Source: an uncultured Bacilli bacterium
Lineage (GTDB): Bacteria > Bacillota_I > Bacilli_A > RFN20 > DUOF01
Assembly: GCA_934183255.1 (NCBI GenBank)
Contig: CAKPSD010000001.1
Coordinates: 581,728-645,727 of the forward strand
Length of the DNA stretch: 64,000 bases
Reading direction: 5' to 3'
Below are positions 30,026 through 41,358 of the stretch, in pieces. A program made the translations under genes and the position numbers. Numbering within the stretch: the first letter of the stretch is position 1; the number at the start of each line of letters is the position of its first letter. The notes below the pieces were generated by a model. The model saw only the letters and a program-made list of their open reading frames with translations, had not been told where the DNA came from and did not search any database.

Positions 30026-32314
30026 CTATTCATCTTCTTTCTCTTTAAAGTATCCATAGGTAAACTTTCTAGAATCTAATTCTACATCTTTTTTAAAATA
30101 AGAATCCATAATATTTTTACAATCTTCTAAATCTTCATCATTAAATTCTATTCTAACACAATTAACACCTATATATCTTAATTTATTTACATATTCTAGT
30201 AACATTAATGCTCTAGGATTTAATAATCTAATATTACAGAAATAATCTTTTATTAATGATATTTTGTACCCTTTTCTATCTTCTAAATAATATTTATTTT
30301 TCAAGCATTCTCCACATTCTTTATTATTCTTTTCTAAGCATTTATTTATAGGGCAATATTTAGTAATCATTAAATCTGTTTTGCTATAAATTAAAACTTC
30401 AATATTAGGATTAACTTTAAAATAATTTTTATAATTATTTATTAAATTAATTATCCTAGTTAGAGTCATTTCTATTGATACTGTTACTCTTTTAAAGCCT
30501 AATTTATATAAGGTATATAGAGTAAAAATATTCGTGCAATTCATATAATAGTTAGCTATCATTTCTTTATCTTTACTTATATCATGTAATTCATTTAACA
30601 AGACTTTTTCTTTAACTGTTTTTATTTTATTTTCACTAATTCTAGGGTATGGATAAGTATTGTTTTCATTGTAATAATATATATCTTTATCTAAAACATA
30701 ATTTTTCACTAAAGCATATTGAGTCTCATTACTTACCTTTACCTTTAATGTGAAGTTATCTTGCCTTACATCTACTTTTTCTAAAGATAAATCTTGTTTA
30801 CCAATTCTTTTATGTTTTATATATCTTAATTCATTTAAAGAAGCTACAAGTTCTCTTCTTAATTCATTTAAAATTGATACTGGAATTAAAACCATTTCAT
30901 CACTATCTATTTCTATTTCATTTAAGTAATAACATGTATCATTTAATTTAGATAATTGCTCTTTAATCTTCTCTTTACTAGTTGGGCTTTTATTAGCTTC
31001 AATAACAACATAGTTTGATTCTTTAGTAACACTATTATTTAAATCATCTATAAATGTAACTTCTATTTTTTCATTAATATGTGCTTTTACTTTTACATTT
31101 AATTTAAATTTTTTTCTTTTACTATTCTTTTCTATTTCTTCATTTAATTTTATATCAGTGGTTTTATATACTGGGCTATTTATTTCTACTTTACTTTTAG
31201 TAGCAATGCTAACAATATCTCCACTTATTGCTTTATTTACTAATAGTCTTTTAACCTCCATCATATTAACATAGAAACCTATATCTTCAGTTCCTACTAT
31301 TCTTATACCATCGCCTTGATTAAGCTCTTTATCAATCTTTATATATACTCTGTTGTTTCGATAATCTATTACTTTACCTATTTTAATTCCCATATTATTT
31401 GGTCTATTAATATTAACTATACTAGAATTTCTTTCATTAAATAGATATCCTTTAGTAAATTCTCTATTAAATACTTGTTTTAAGTTTTGCTCATCTTCTT
31501 TTTCTGTTAATAATTTGTGTTCTTCTTTATATTTATCAAGGTATTTTCTATATACCCTAGTAACCATTCCAACATAGGTGGCACTTTTTAGTCTTCCCTC
31601 TATTTTTAAAGAAGTTATCTTAGCATCTACTATTTCATTTAAATAATCTAAAGTATTTAAATCTCTTGTACTTAATAAGTACTTACTATCTTCAATTTTT
31701 TGATTTCCTTTATATAAAGAGTAAGGTAGTCTACATAATTGTAAACACTCTCCTCTATTTCCACTTTTTTTAGCCGAACATGAAGAAAATAAGCAATTTC
31801 CTGAATAAGAAATACATAACGCTCCATGAATAAATACTTCAACTTCTATTTTAACTTTATCTATAATCTCTTTTATTACGTCTATGCTAGTTTCTCTTGC
31901 TACTACTACCCTTTTTACACCCATTTGTTTTAATATACTTGCTTGTTTTACTGTCATTGTATTCATTTGAGTTGAAGCATGTATTTCAAAATCTGGATAT
32001 ATATTGTGTATTAGTGTTATTAATCCTAAATCTTGAACTATAACAGCATCACAATCATTATTATACAAAAAATCAATGAATTTCATTACATCTTCTAATT
32101 CATCATCATATATCAATGTATTAACAGTTACATAAACTTTAACTTCATTTAAATGAGCTTCTTTAATAATGCTTATTAATTCTTCATTTGTAAATGTCGC
32201 TTTTTCTCTAGCACCAAATTTAGTGCCCGCTAAATAGATAGCATTAGCGCCATTATCAAGAGCACTTTTAAATGCTTCAAAACTCCCTACTGGAGCAAGT
32301 AATTCAATCTCCAT
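30026..32314 (-). CDS. Peptidase U32 family protein, long form (762 aa) with Cys-rich C-terminal region
   Basis: N-terminal [34 protein letters not shown] typical of U32 (PrtC/RlhA-like). C-terminal [21 protein letters not shown] cluster. Confidence 0.8.
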   Translation of the reverse strand: MEIELLAPVGSFEAFKSALDNGANAIYLAGTKFGAREKATFTNEELISIIKEAHLNEVKVYVTVNTLIYDDELEDVMKFIDFLYNNDCDAVIVQDLGLITLIHNIYPDFEIHASTQMNTMTVKQASILKQMGVKRVVVARETSIDVIKEIIDKVKIEVEVFIHGALCISYSGNCLFSSCSAKKSGNRGECLQLCRLPYSLYKGNQKIEDSKYLLSTRDLNTLDYLNEIVDAKITSLKIEGRLKSATYVGMVTRVYRKYLDKYKEEHKLLTEKEDEQNLKQVFNREFTKGYLFNERNSSIVNINRPNNMGIKIGKVIDYRNNRVYIKIDKELNQGDGIRIVGTEDIGFYVNMMEVKRLLVNKAISGDIVSIATKSKVEINSPVYKTTDIKLNEEIEKNSKRKKFKLNVKVKAHINEKIEVTFIDDLNNSVTKESNYVVIEANKSPTSKEKIKEQLSKLNDTCYYLNEIEIDSDEMVLIPVSILNELRRELVASLNELRYIKHKRIGKQDLSLEKVDVRQDNFTLKVKVSNETQYALVKNYVLDKDIYYYNENNTYPYPRISENKIKTVKEKVLLNELHDISKDKEMIANYYMNCTNIFTLYTLYKLGFKRVTVSIEMTLTRIINLINNYKNYFKVNPNIEVLIYSKTDLMITKYCPINKCLEKNNKECGECLKNKYYLEDRKGYKISLIKDYFCNIRLLNPRALMLLEYVNKLRYIGVNCVRIEFNDEDLEDCKNIMDSYFKKDVELDSRKFTYGYFKEKEDE

Positions 32315-32501
32315 AAAATCACCGTATCTATAATAACATATTTTTTATAAACTTATAAAATTTAATTGCTTTTTTGCTATTTTAATTATAATTAAAAATC
32401 TTATTAATTGTTAAAATTTTATTAGATGAAAAAACAGTAAGTTAACAAATGTAAAAATTTGTAATTTGCTTATAAAATTTTTTATTAATAGTGAGGGTTT
32501 T

Positions 32502-34571
32502 ATGAAGAAGTTTGTATCCATGTTTTTATTATTTATAGCTATTGTAATATCTTGTTCAAGTTGTTCATGCTCTAAAGAAGACAATCTAATTGTTTATAGA
32601 AATTTTTATGATCAAGATGTTACAACTTTTAATTACTTAATTACAAATGAATATAACAATATTATTAGAATAGCTAATTTAATAGATGGACTAGTAGAAA
32701 ATGATAAATATGGTAACATTGTTCCTTCAATTGCTAAATCTTGGAAAAGTGAAATAGTTAATGATAAACAAATATGGACATTCTATTTAAAAGATAATGT
32801 TTATTGGAGTGATTATAACGGAAATAAATATGATTTTGTAACCGCTCATGATTTTGTTTCTACATTTAAATATAGTTTTAATTATGAAACTAAAAGTGAA
32901 AATTTTAATTTACCTGCTGAGTTAATAGATAATGGGATGAATTATTACTACGCTACACTTATAAAACATTTTGATTATAATGAGATATTAAATAAAATTG
33001 ATGATTTATCTATAAATGATCCATATAATTCATTATCTTATTATGAAAATATTAAAGACATTTTTGATAAATGTAATAGCAGCAATTTGTGCATTGATGA
33101 TTTTAATACAGTTGGTGTTAAAGCTATAAATGATTTTGAACTTCAATTTACTCTTTCTAAACCTTGTGTATATTTTCTAAGTGCTTTAACTTATTATTCT
33201 TTTCTACCAGTTAGCGAAAAATTTTTACAAGAAGTTGGATTAAATAATTTTGGTACTAACAAGAAAGCTATTCTTTATAATGGCGCATACTTATTAAGTA
33301 ATTATTCACACTCTAGTAGAATAGAATATTTAAAGAATCCTAATTATTGGGATAAAGATAATGTTTTTATAGATAAATTAGTTTTTACTAAAGCTTTAAA
33401 TTATCAATCACCTAGTTATGCGAGACTTTCTTATGAATCTGGCAACATAGATGAATTTATAGTTAATGAAAAAGATGAAACTGGTTGGAATAAATATGTA
33501 GTTGGTAATAATAAGGAAGGCAATAAAGAAAATCCTGCTGGCAATAATACATACTTAACATCCAATTTTAATTACTCTACTGTTTATATGATTTTTAACC
33601 AAAATAGAACTAACTTTAAATACTCAATGCTATCAAAAGAGCAAATTAATGTTTCTAATAAAGCATTAAGCAATAGCAATTTTAGAAAAGCTTTATTCTA
33701 TGGAATACCTCGTAACTATTATTTTAAAGATTCTTTAAACTCAAAACTATCATCTGTTATTCCTTTTGAATTTATTTCATATAATGATGAAAGCTATACA
33801 AAATTATTAATTAACGAATACGCTATTAAAAATAGCATAAGTTATGAGGAAGCATTAGAAAAATATGAGAATGATTGGTTTAATAATCTAGAATTAAGTC
33901 ACTCTTATTTAGATAAAGCTATACAAGAACTTAATATTTCAAAAAATGAATTACCTATAAAAATTGAATATTCTTATTATAAGGATGAGGACTATGAAGT
34001 TTATGATAAAGTAAGAATAGAAAAATGGAATAAGCTTCTCAATGACTGCAGTGAAGATGATTCTTATTGTGAATTTAGTAAAGTTGAAATAGTGTATAAT
34101 GATACTATAAAATCATATTCTGATTATGAATATATGCTTAATAGTAAAGAATATAGCATTACTTTATTAGGTCTTTATCCTGACTATAATGATCCTACAT
34201 CATACTTAAAATCATTTTCTTTAACTGGTGAACTTTACTCATATTTAAATTATTCTTCATCTTTAAAAATAGATGAAATGCTTAATAATATAGATAATTA
34301 TTATTTAGATGAAAATATAGGTACAAGATATGAACTTTGTGCAAAACTTGAATATTATATTTTATTTGAAGAAAATCTAATATTACCTTTATCTCTTAAT
34401 GGTTCTACTAAACAAATAGTTGTTTCTAACCTAGTTCCGTTTGAAAAATTAGTTGCTAGTTATGGCTTATCACCTTTTAAATTTAAATATAGAAAGAAAA
34501 GAACTATTGATTATACACAAAATGATATTAATTCTTTACGTGAAAAATATTTGAAGAGTAGAGGTAATTAG
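32502..34571 (+). CDS. ABC transporter substrate-binding lipoprotein, oligopeptide/OppA family (SBP family 5)
   Basis: Start at ATG 32502 after RBS GAGGG. Signal peptide with lipobox (IVISCSSC). Family-5 SBP blocks (KSWK..DKQIWTFYLKDNVYWSD, NPNYWDKDNVFIDKLVF). 689 aa. Confidence 0.75.
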   Translation: MKKFVSMFLLFIAIVISCSSCSCSKEDNLIVYRNFYDQDVTTFNYLITNEYNNIIRIANLIDGLVENDKYGNIVPSIAKSWKSEIVNDKQIWTFYLKDNVYWSDYNGNKYDFVTAHDFVSTFKYSFNYETKSENFNLPAELIDNGMNYYYATLIKHFDYNEILNKIDDLSINDPYNSLSYYENIKDIFDKCNSSNLCIDDFNTVGVKAINDFELQFTLSKPCVYFLSALTYYSFLPVSEKFLQEVGLNNFGTNKKAILYNGAYLLSNYSHSSRIEYLKNPNYWDKDNVFIDKLVFTKALNYQSPSYARLSYESGNIDEFIVNEKDETGWNKYVVGNNKEGNKENPAGNNTYLTSNFNYSTVYMIFNQNRTNFKYSMLSKEQINVSNKALSNSNFRKALFYGIPRNYYFKDSLNSKLSSVIPFEFISYNDESYTKLLINEYAIKNSISYEEALEKYENDWFNNLELSHSYLDKAIQELNISKNELPIKIEYSYYKDEDYEVYDKVRIEKWNKLLNDCSEDDSYCEFSKVEIVYNDTIKSYSDYEYMLNSKEYSITLLGLYPDYNDPTSYLKSFSLTGELYSYLNYSSSLKIDEMLNNIDNYYLDENIGTRYELCAKLEYYILFEENLILPLSLNGSTKQIVVSNLVPFEKLVASYGLSPFKFKYRKKRTIDYTQNDINSLREKYLKSRGN

Positions 34572-34573
34572 AT

Positions 34574-35665
34574 ATGGTAGTTGCGTATTTTTCTATTGTA
34601 ACATTAATAGGTTTATTTCTTATAATTTATACTTTGGCTAATTTTAATTTAATATTAAAAGGTACTTCAATTAGTAATTTTTTAAAATCACCTATGCTTA
34701 AATATATAATAAATAGAATTATTTTATCTTTTTTAATTTTATTTACTGTAGCTACATGTATCTTTTTAATAATTAAAGCATTACCAGAAATAAGTTCTAA
34801 TAGTTTTAATGATCTAACATATTATGATTATAATTTAACTAATTATTACAAAAGAATACTTCCTTATCCTAAAAATGTTTGTGTAAGCACTAATTTAGTA
34901 GATGGCAATATTGTCTGCACTAGATACGAGAAAAAGATAATAGATTTTGGTTACTCACAAGTATATATGAAAAATATTAGAGTTTGGGAAATTATAAAAC
35001 AAAAATGTTCTGTTTCTTTTTCTATTGGTATTACTATCTATATCTTAGAATGTTTGATAAATTACCCACTTGGAATATATTTAGCTAGAAGAAGTAAATC
35101 GCATTTAAACAAATTAATAACTATCTTATATGCGCTTATAACAAGTATTCCAATGTCTTTAATTTATTATCTACTTTTACTAGTTTTTATGTTAGTATTT
35201 AAACTTCCAATCTCCTTTGATACAAACAATATTTTAACATACATAGCTCCAATTGCTAGTGTAATATTTACTAGTTTATCAATAGTATCTCATTGGGTAA
35301 AAATGTATATGCAAACAGAAATGAATAAAGACTATGTAAAATATGCTTATAGTAAAGGGCTAGATGAAAAAACTGTTTTTAGAAAACATATTATGAAAAA
35401 TGCTTTGATTCCTTTAGTAAGAACAATTCCTACTTCTCTTGTTTTATGTGTATCTGGTTATTATATTTTAGAAGTTACATTTAGTATACCTGGCTCTGGC
35501 TCAACATTAATATCTGCGATTAAATTAAATGATATATATTTAATTGAAGGATTAGTATTATTCTTTAGTTTTTTATCTGTGTTTGCTTACTTACTTGGAG
35601 ATATAATTTCAGTTTTAATGGATCCAAGAATAAAATATATGGAGGAACATAAAAATGAAAGATAA
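34574..35665 (+). CDS. ABC transporter permease (OppB-like)
   Basis: Six TMs. EAA-loop region YVKYAYSKGLDEKTVFRKHIMKNALIPLV. Confidence 0.8.
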   Translation: MVVAYFSIVTLIGLFLIIYTLANFNLILKGTSISNFLKSPMLKYIINRIILSFLILFTVATCIFLIIKALPEISSNSFNDLTYYDYNLTNYYKRILPYPKNVCVSTNLVDGNIVCTRYEKKIIDFGYSQVYMKNIRVWEIIKQKCSVSFSIGITIYILECLINYPLGIYLARRSKSHLNKLITILYALITSIPMSLIYYLLLLVFMLVFKLPISFDTNNILTYIAPIASVIFTSLSIVSHWVKMYMQTEMNKDYVKYAYSKGLDEKTVFRKHIMKNALIPLVRTIPTSLVLCVSGYYILEVTFSIPGSGSTLISAIKLNDIYLIEGLVLFFSFLSVFAYLLGDIISVLMDPRIKYMEEHKNER

Positions 35666-36557
35666 TAGATTTTCAACTTTTAAAGATTCTTCTTATAATA
35701 AAAAGCATAATTTTTATAAAGATTTTATCAAGTGTATTTTCAAAGATAAAGTATTTCTTTTATCTTCATTATGTTTAATCTCTTTATTTATATTTGGATT
35801 ATTTTATTCTATTTTTGCTTCTTCAGAGAAGCATTTAGCTGTTGATATAAGTAAAGAATTTTTAAAACCAAGTATTTCTCATTTGTTTGGAACAAATGAA
35901 TTTGGACAAGATATGTTTTATTTAGTAATAACTGGTATGTTTAATACTCTATGTTTTGCTATTTCAATAGCTTTAGTAAATATACTAATTGGTATAATTA
36001 TTGGTGTTTTATGGGGTAATAGTAAAAAATCGGACTTTTTTATGATCTTTATTAAAGGAATACTTGATAACATTCCAATGATTTTTATATACATGATTTT
36101 TATATTTTATTTAGGTAACTCATACAAATCTTTATTTTTAATAATTGTTTTATTTGGATGGGTTAATATAGCTTGTATTATAAGAAACAACTTAATTATT
36201 ATTAGAAATAAAGACTATAACATTTATAGTAAACTTAATAAAACTTCTTTGCTAAAGAGATCTTTATACAATTACATTCCTTCTTTATTTCCTGTTATTT
36301 TTAATTATTTTGCATTAAGTGTACCTCAAACCATTTCAATTGAAGTTACTATATCATATTTATCTTTTCCAATTGGTGAAAGTCACTCAAGTTTAGGAAA
36401 ATTATTGTATTCCTCTATTTATGCTAATAATTGCACTGCATATCCTTATTTATTAATTTTTCCATTAATATTTTTAATCATAATAAATTTATGTGTTTAT
36501 CTTATAGGTAAGTCGTTCTCTAAGCATTCTGTTATAGGTGGTGATAAAAAATGCTAA
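35655..36557 (+). CDS. ABC transporter permease (OppC-like)
   Basis: HLFGTNEFGQDMF resembles OppC GTD.LGRD. Multi-TM. Overlaps neighbouring genes. Confidence 0.75.
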   Translation: MKDNRFSTFKDSSYNKKHNFYKDFIKCIFKDKVFLLSSLCLISLFIFGLFYSIFASSEKHLAVDISKEFLKPSISHLFGTNEFGQDMFYLVITGMFNTLCFAISIALVNILIGIIIGVLWGNSKKSDFFMIFIKGILDNIPMIFIYMIFIFYLGNSYKSLFLIIVLFGWVNIACIIRNNLIIIRNKDYNIYSKLNKTSLLKRSLYNYIPSLFPVIFNYFALSVPQTISIEVTISYLSFPIGESHSSLGKLLYSSIYANNCTAYPYLLIFPLIFLIIINLCVYLIGKSFSKHSVIGGDKKC

Positions 36558-37483
36558 AAGTTAATAATTTAAGCGTATGTACTTTTGATAAAAACTATTT
36601 ATTGCGTGATATTTGTTTCAAGCTTTCTTGCGGAGATTCTCTTGGCATAATTGGTAAATCAGGAGATGGAAAATCCACGCTTGCTAAAGCCATAATTGGA
36701 ATATATGACAATGGTGTTTCTTGTGAAACTGGAAGTGTTATATATAACTCTAAACTATTTTATACTGATTTAAGAGGTAAGGTGTTTTCTTTAATGTTTC
36801 AAAATCCTAACACATACTTAAATCCTTTAATTAAAGTTGGAAAACAAATAAGTGAAATGCTTACTTATCACTATAAAGATGATAAGAAAGTTGCTAAAGA
36901 TAAAACTATTGCTTTAATGAAGAAAGTAGGGCTACCTAATCCAGAAAAATTATATAATTATTATCCATATGAATTAAGTGGTGGAATGCAACAAAAAATA
37001 TGCTTATGTATCTCGCTTATTTGCAAGCCTAAAGTTTTAATAATGGATGAAAGTACTTCTTTCTTAGATAAAGAAAGTGAAAAAGAAATTTTAAAACTTA
37101 TAAAAGAATTTCAAAAAGAATATGGTTTTATTTTAATAATGATTTCTCATGACTTTAAGCTTATTTACTCTATGTGTAATAAAATTGCTATAATGAGAAA
37201 AGGTCAAATGATTGAACTTGGAAATAAAGATGAAATAATTCTAAATCCCATTCATCCATATACAGTTGAATTATTGTGTAATTATTTTAGTTTTTATAAA
37301 GATATAGAAACTTTCGAGTGTCCTTTAATGAATATAGAATTAGAAGAGTGTCCAAGTATTGTTAATATTAGCAAAACACATTACGTCAGAAGTTTTTATT
37401 TAGATCCTAGAGCAATCAAAATTAATTATCCTAAAAACATAGAAAGTATTAAGGAGGAAATATATGAATCTCTTAGAAATTAG
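36551..37483 (+). CDS. ABC transporter ATP-binding protein (OppD-like)
   Basis: Walker A GKSGDGKST, signature LSGGMQQK, Walker B LIMDEST, H-loop ISHD. Confidence 0.85.
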   Translation: MLKVNNLSVCTFDKNYLLRDICFKLSCGDSLGIIGKSGDGKSTLAKAIIGIYDNGVSCETGSVIYNSKLFYTDLRGKVFSLMFQNPNTYLNPLIKVGKQISEMLTYHYKDDKKVAKDKTIALMKKVGLPNPEKLYNYYPYELSGGMQQKICLCISLICKPKVLIMDESTSFLDKESEKEILKLIKEFQKEYGFILIMISHDFKLIYSMCNKIAIMRKGQMIELGNKDEIILNPIHPYTVELLCNYFSFYKDIETFECPLMNIELEECPSIVNISKTHYVRSFYLDPRAIKINYPKNIESIKEEIYESLRN

Positions 37484-38081
37484 CAATTTAAATATTTATT
37501 ATAAAAAGCTTGTAAAGAAGAAATATATTGTTAATGATTTTAATTTTTCTATTAGTGATGGAGAAATAATTGCTCTTACTGGTCCTAGTGGTGTTGGTAA
37601 AACTAGTATTGCAAAATGTATTATAGGGTTGCATAAATTATATGATGGAAAAATTATTTGTCATATCAATAGAAATGAAATTGAATATATTTTTCAAGAT
37701 CCATATTCTAGTCTTAATCCATACGCTAATGTAAGTTATATTATTACTGAGGGTATGAAGTTTTCTAGTAAAGAAGAAAAAGATAATAAGATTATAGAAA
37801 TTATGAATTTGGTTAATTTAGATATTAGTAAAAGATTTTGTTTTCCTAGTGATTTTAGCGGTGGTGAAAGGCAAAAGATTGCAATTGCTAGAGCCTTAAT
37901 AAGAAAGCCTAAACTTATAATTGCAGATGAGATTACTTCTTCTATAGATTATTACTCTAAGATAATGATTGTAAATCTTTTAAAAGATTTACAAAAGAAA
38001 GAAAACTTCGCTTGTATATTAATTTCACATGATCAAGATGTTATTAATAAACTAGCCAATAAAATTGTTACATTGAGTTAA
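37464..38081 (+). CDS. ABC transporter ATP-binding protein (OppF-like, minimal 205-aa NBD without C-terminal extension)
   Basis: Walker A GPSGVGKTS, signature FSGGERQKIAIARAL, Walker B LIIADE, H-loop ISHD. Confidence 0.85.
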   Translation: MNLLEISNLNIYYKKLVKKKYIVNDFNFSISDGEIIALTGPSGVGKTSIAKCIIGLHKLYDGKIICHINRNEIEYIFQDPYSSLNPYANVSYIITEGMKFSSKEEKDNKIIEIMNLVNLDISKRFCFPSDFSGGERQKIAIARALIRKPKLIIADEITSSIDYYSKIMIVNLLKDLQKKENFACILISHDQDVINKLANKIVTLS

Positions 38082-38119
38082 AAATTGTATAATAGTTAAG
38101 GAAATGAGGTTATATTAAA

Positions 38120-40285
38120 ATGAATGAAGATTTAGTTACATTAGTTGAGGAAAAAACACATATTAAAGCTAAGCAAATAGCAGCAGTTTTATCACTTTTA
38201 GAAGAAGGAGCTACCATTCCTTTTATTGCAAGATATCGTAAGGAAGTTACTGGCAATTTGGATGAAGAGCAAATAAGAAACATTGTTGTTATTTATGAAT
38301 ATGAAGAAAAGCTTTCTACTAGAAAAAAAGAAGTATTGCAAGCAATTGCTAACAAAGATAAGTTAACTGATGAAATAGTAAAAAAGGTTAATGCTTGTAA
38401 AACATTAAGTGAAGTTGAAGATCTTTATTTACCATACAAAGAAAAGAAAAAAACTAGAGCAACTACTGCTATTAGTAATGGTCTTGAGCCTTTAGCTGAT
38501 ACTTTAATGGAGTGCAAAAATATTGATGTTGAAAGTGAAGCTAAAAAATATATAAATGACAAAGTTAAAACTATTAATGATGCTATTAATGGTGCTAAGG
38601 ATATTATTGCTGAAAGATTTAGTGAAAATGCTACTTTTAGACAAGAACTTAGAAATTCTTTGAATAAGTATGGCTTAATTAACTCTACTTTAAAAAAGGA
38701 TGCTGTTGATGAGAAAAAAGTTTATACTTTATATTATGAGAAAAGCATCCCTATTAGATATGTTGCTCCTCACCAAATACTAGCTATTAATAGAGGAGAA
38801 AAGGAAGAAATACTTAAAGTTAAAATTGATTTTAATGAAGAAATGTATCTTGATTTTGTTTGCAGAAAAACTATTAAAAATAATACAACTACTGAAGCAA
38901 AATATATTAGAGAAGCTATTGAAGATGGCTACAAAAGACTACTTTTTCCTTCAATTGAAAGAGAAGTTAGAAATGATTTAACAGAAAAAGCACAAGATCA
39001 AGCTATCAATGTTTTCTCATTAAACTTAGAGCAATTACTACTTACTCCACCTTTAAAGAATAGAGTTATTTTAGGACTAGACCCTGCTTTTAGAACTGGA
39101 TGTAAATTAGCTGTTATTAATGTTAATGGTGACTTTATATATAAAGATGTTATTTACCCTCATGAAAAAAGTGTTGGTGAAATTGTAACTGATGAAAGAA
39201 AAGAAATAAGTGAGCAAAAAGTAGTTGATATCGTTAAAAAATTTAATGTTGAATTAATTGCTATTGGTAATGGTACCGCTAGTAGAGAAAGTGAAGAATT
39301 TATTGCTGATGTTATTAAAAAATATCATTTACCTTGCTCTTATGTAATAGTTAGTGAAGCAGGTGCTTCTGTATATAGTGCTTCTGTTGAAGCAAAGAAA
39401 GAATTTCCTGATTTGCATGTAGAAGAAAGAAGCGCTATATCTATTGCTAGAAGAGTTATGGATCCATTAAGTGAATTAATTAAAATCGATCCTAAATCAA
39501 TTGGAGTTGGACAATATCAACATGATGTAAACCAAACAAAATTAAGTGATACGTTGGATTTCGTTATTTCTAAAGTTGTTAATAACGTTGGTGTTAATAT
39601 TAATACTGCTTCTATTGAATTATTAAGTTATGTTTCTGGTTTAAATAAGAAAAGTGCTAAAAACATTGTAGATTATCGTAGTGAAAAAGGATTAATAAAA
39701 GATCGTAAAGAACTTAGTAAAATTAAAGGCATTGGCGATAAAACATATGAACAAGCTGTTGGTTTCTTAAAAATTTATGAAAGTAAGAACCCACTTGATA
39801 AGACATTTATTCACCCAGATAATTATAAAGAAGTTGAAAAACTACTTAAAGATTTAAATTATGATACTAGTTATATTGGTAGTGAAGAAATAAATACAGT
39901 ATTAGCTAATAAAACATCTAGTGATTTTTCTAGCAAATATGATTTAGGAACATACACTTTAAATGATATTTTAGAAGAAATAAAAAAGCCTTTAAGAGAT
40001 ATTCGTGATAACTATCCTACTCCTGTTTTAAAGAGTGATGTTTTACATATTGAAGACTTAAAGATTGGTATGGAATTAGAAGGCACTGTTAGAAGTGTAG
40101 TCGACTTTGGGGCATTCGTTGATATTGGTTTAAAGAATGATGGTTTAATTCATAAATCTAAATTATCTAGAAATAAAATTAATCATCCATTAGATGTTGT
40201 TAGTGTTGGAGATATTATTAAAGTTTATGTTTGTGACATAGATTTAGATAAAAATAGAGTAGGTTTATCTCTTTTTAAAGATTAA
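38120..40285 (+). CDS. tex: Transcription accessory protein Tex (YqgF/RuvC-like + HhH + S1 domains)
   Basis: 721 aa. ATIPFIARYRKEVTG N-terminus. C-terminal S1 (LKIGMELEGTVRSVVDFGAFVDIGLKNDGLIHKS). Confidence 0.9.
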   Translation: MNEDLVTLVEEKTHIKAKQIAAVLSLLEEGATIPFIARYRKEVTGNLDEEQIRNIVVIYEYEEKLSTRKKEVLQAIANKDKLTDEIVKKVNACKTLSEVEDLYLPYKEKKKTRATTAISNGLEPLADTLMECKNIDVESEAKKYINDKVKTINDAINGAKDIIAERFSENATFRQELRNSLNKYGLINSTLKKDAVDEKKVYTLYYEKSIPIRYVAPHQILAINRGEKEEILKVKIDFNEEMYLDFVCRKTIKNNTTTEAKYIREAIEDGYKRLLFPSIEREVRNDLTEKAQDQAINVFSLNLEQLLLTPPLKNRVILGLDPAFRTGCKLAVINVNGDFIYKDVIYPHEKSVGEIVTDERKEISEQKVVDIVKKFNVELIAIGNGTASRESEEFIADVIKKYHLPCSYVIVSEAGASVYSASVEAKKEFPDLHVEERSAISIARRVMDPLSELIKIDPKSIGVGQYQHDVNQTKLSDTLDFVISKVVNNVGVNINTASIELLSYVSGLNKKSAKNIVDYRSEKGLIKDRKELSKIKGIGDKTYEQAVGFLKIYESKNPLDKTFIHPDNYKEVEKLLKDLNYDTSYIGSEEINTVLANKTSSDFSSKYDLGTYTLNDILEEIKKPLRDIRDNYPTPVLKSDVLHIEDLKIGMELEGTVRSVVDFGAFVDIGLKNDGLIHKSKLSRNKINHPLDVVSVGDIIKVYVCDIDLDKNRVGLSLFKD

Positions 40286-40325
40286 TTTTTAATTTTTTTA
40301 AAATTTTTCCGTAATTTTGCATGTA

Positions 40326-40358
40326 TTCCCCCTATTAAATTATAAAGGGGGTTTTTAT
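40326..40358 (+). terminator. Rho-independent terminator after tex
   Basis: CCCCC-loop-GGGGG followed by TTTTTAT. Confidence 0.65.
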
Positions 40359-40413
40359 ATGACAATAAATTACTAACCTTTATGCAATACTAATTAGAAA
40401 GGAGAAAGATGAA

Positions 40414-41193
40414 ATGATAAATAGTATATTATTATATTTAGCGATTGTTGATAAAGGGGATTGGACTGCAATTTATAAAGATGTTTTAAGAAAGAGATAT
40501 GTTAATGAAACTCAAAGGAATGAAGCTGAAGAATTATTAAAAAAAAGCAATGGTATTAAATATATTACTTTATTAGATAGTGATTATCCAGAATGTCTAA
40601 AATATATTTTTAAGCCTCCATTTGTACTATTTTATAAAGGCAATATAGAACTATTAAAATCAAATAATAAAAAGATTGCTATTATTGGGAGTAGAAATTG
40701 TAGTAGTCATGGAAAAGAGGTAACTAGAAGAATAACTAAAGAATTAGTAGAAAATAATATAATTATTATTAGTGGTCTTGCAAAGGGAATTGATTCAGAA
40801 GCGCATAAAACTTGTATAGAAAATGGAGGGAAGACTATTGCTGTTTTAGGGAATGGTGTAGATGTATTTTATCCTAAAGAAAACGAACAGTTATATAAGG
40901 ACATTATTGATAAGGGAGGATTAATTATTAGTGAATATCCTCCTAATAGTACACCTAATGGTGAACATTTTCCTGTTAGAAATAGAATTATAGCCGGATT
41001 AAGTGATGGCGTTGCAGTTATTGAAGCTAGAAGAAAAAGTGGTACAATGAATACTGTTAGTCATGCTTTAGAGAATGATAAACCTGTTTTTTGTGTTCCA
41101 GGAAGTTATAGTACATCTAGTGGATGCAATTATTTAATTAAAGAAGGTGCTAGTTTAATAGAAAATGCACAAGATATTTTAGTAGATATTTAA
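40414..41193 (+). CDS. dprA: DNA processing protein DprA (Smf), short form
   Basis: IAIIGSRNCSSHGKEVTRRITKEL...ISGLAKGIDSEAHK...GNGVDVFYPKEN Rossmann core. Conserved dprA-topA linkage. Confidence 0.85.
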   Translation: MINSILLYLAIVDKGDWTAIYKDVLRKRYVNETQRNEAEELLKKSNGIKYITLLDSDYPECLKYIFKPPFVLFYKGNIELLKSNNKKIAIIGSRNCSSHGKEVTRRITKELVENNIIIISGLAKGIDSEAHKTCIENGGKTIAVLGNGVDVFYPKENEQLYKDIIDKGGLIISEYPPNSTPNGEHFPVRNRIIAGLSDGVAVIEARRKSGTMNTVSHALENDKPVFCVPGSYSTSSGCNYLIKEGASLIENAQDILVDI

Positions 41194-41358
41194 TTAATAA
41201 AGGTTTTATTAAGGTTTCTTGTGTATTATTGTATTATAATAATATGTATTAAAAAAATAAATTTATTTAAAATTAACTAGATTAATTTATGTTAATTAAG
41301 TATTATATTAAAGCATTATTAATATTATTTATTGAAATTTTAGAAAAGGAGAGAAAAA

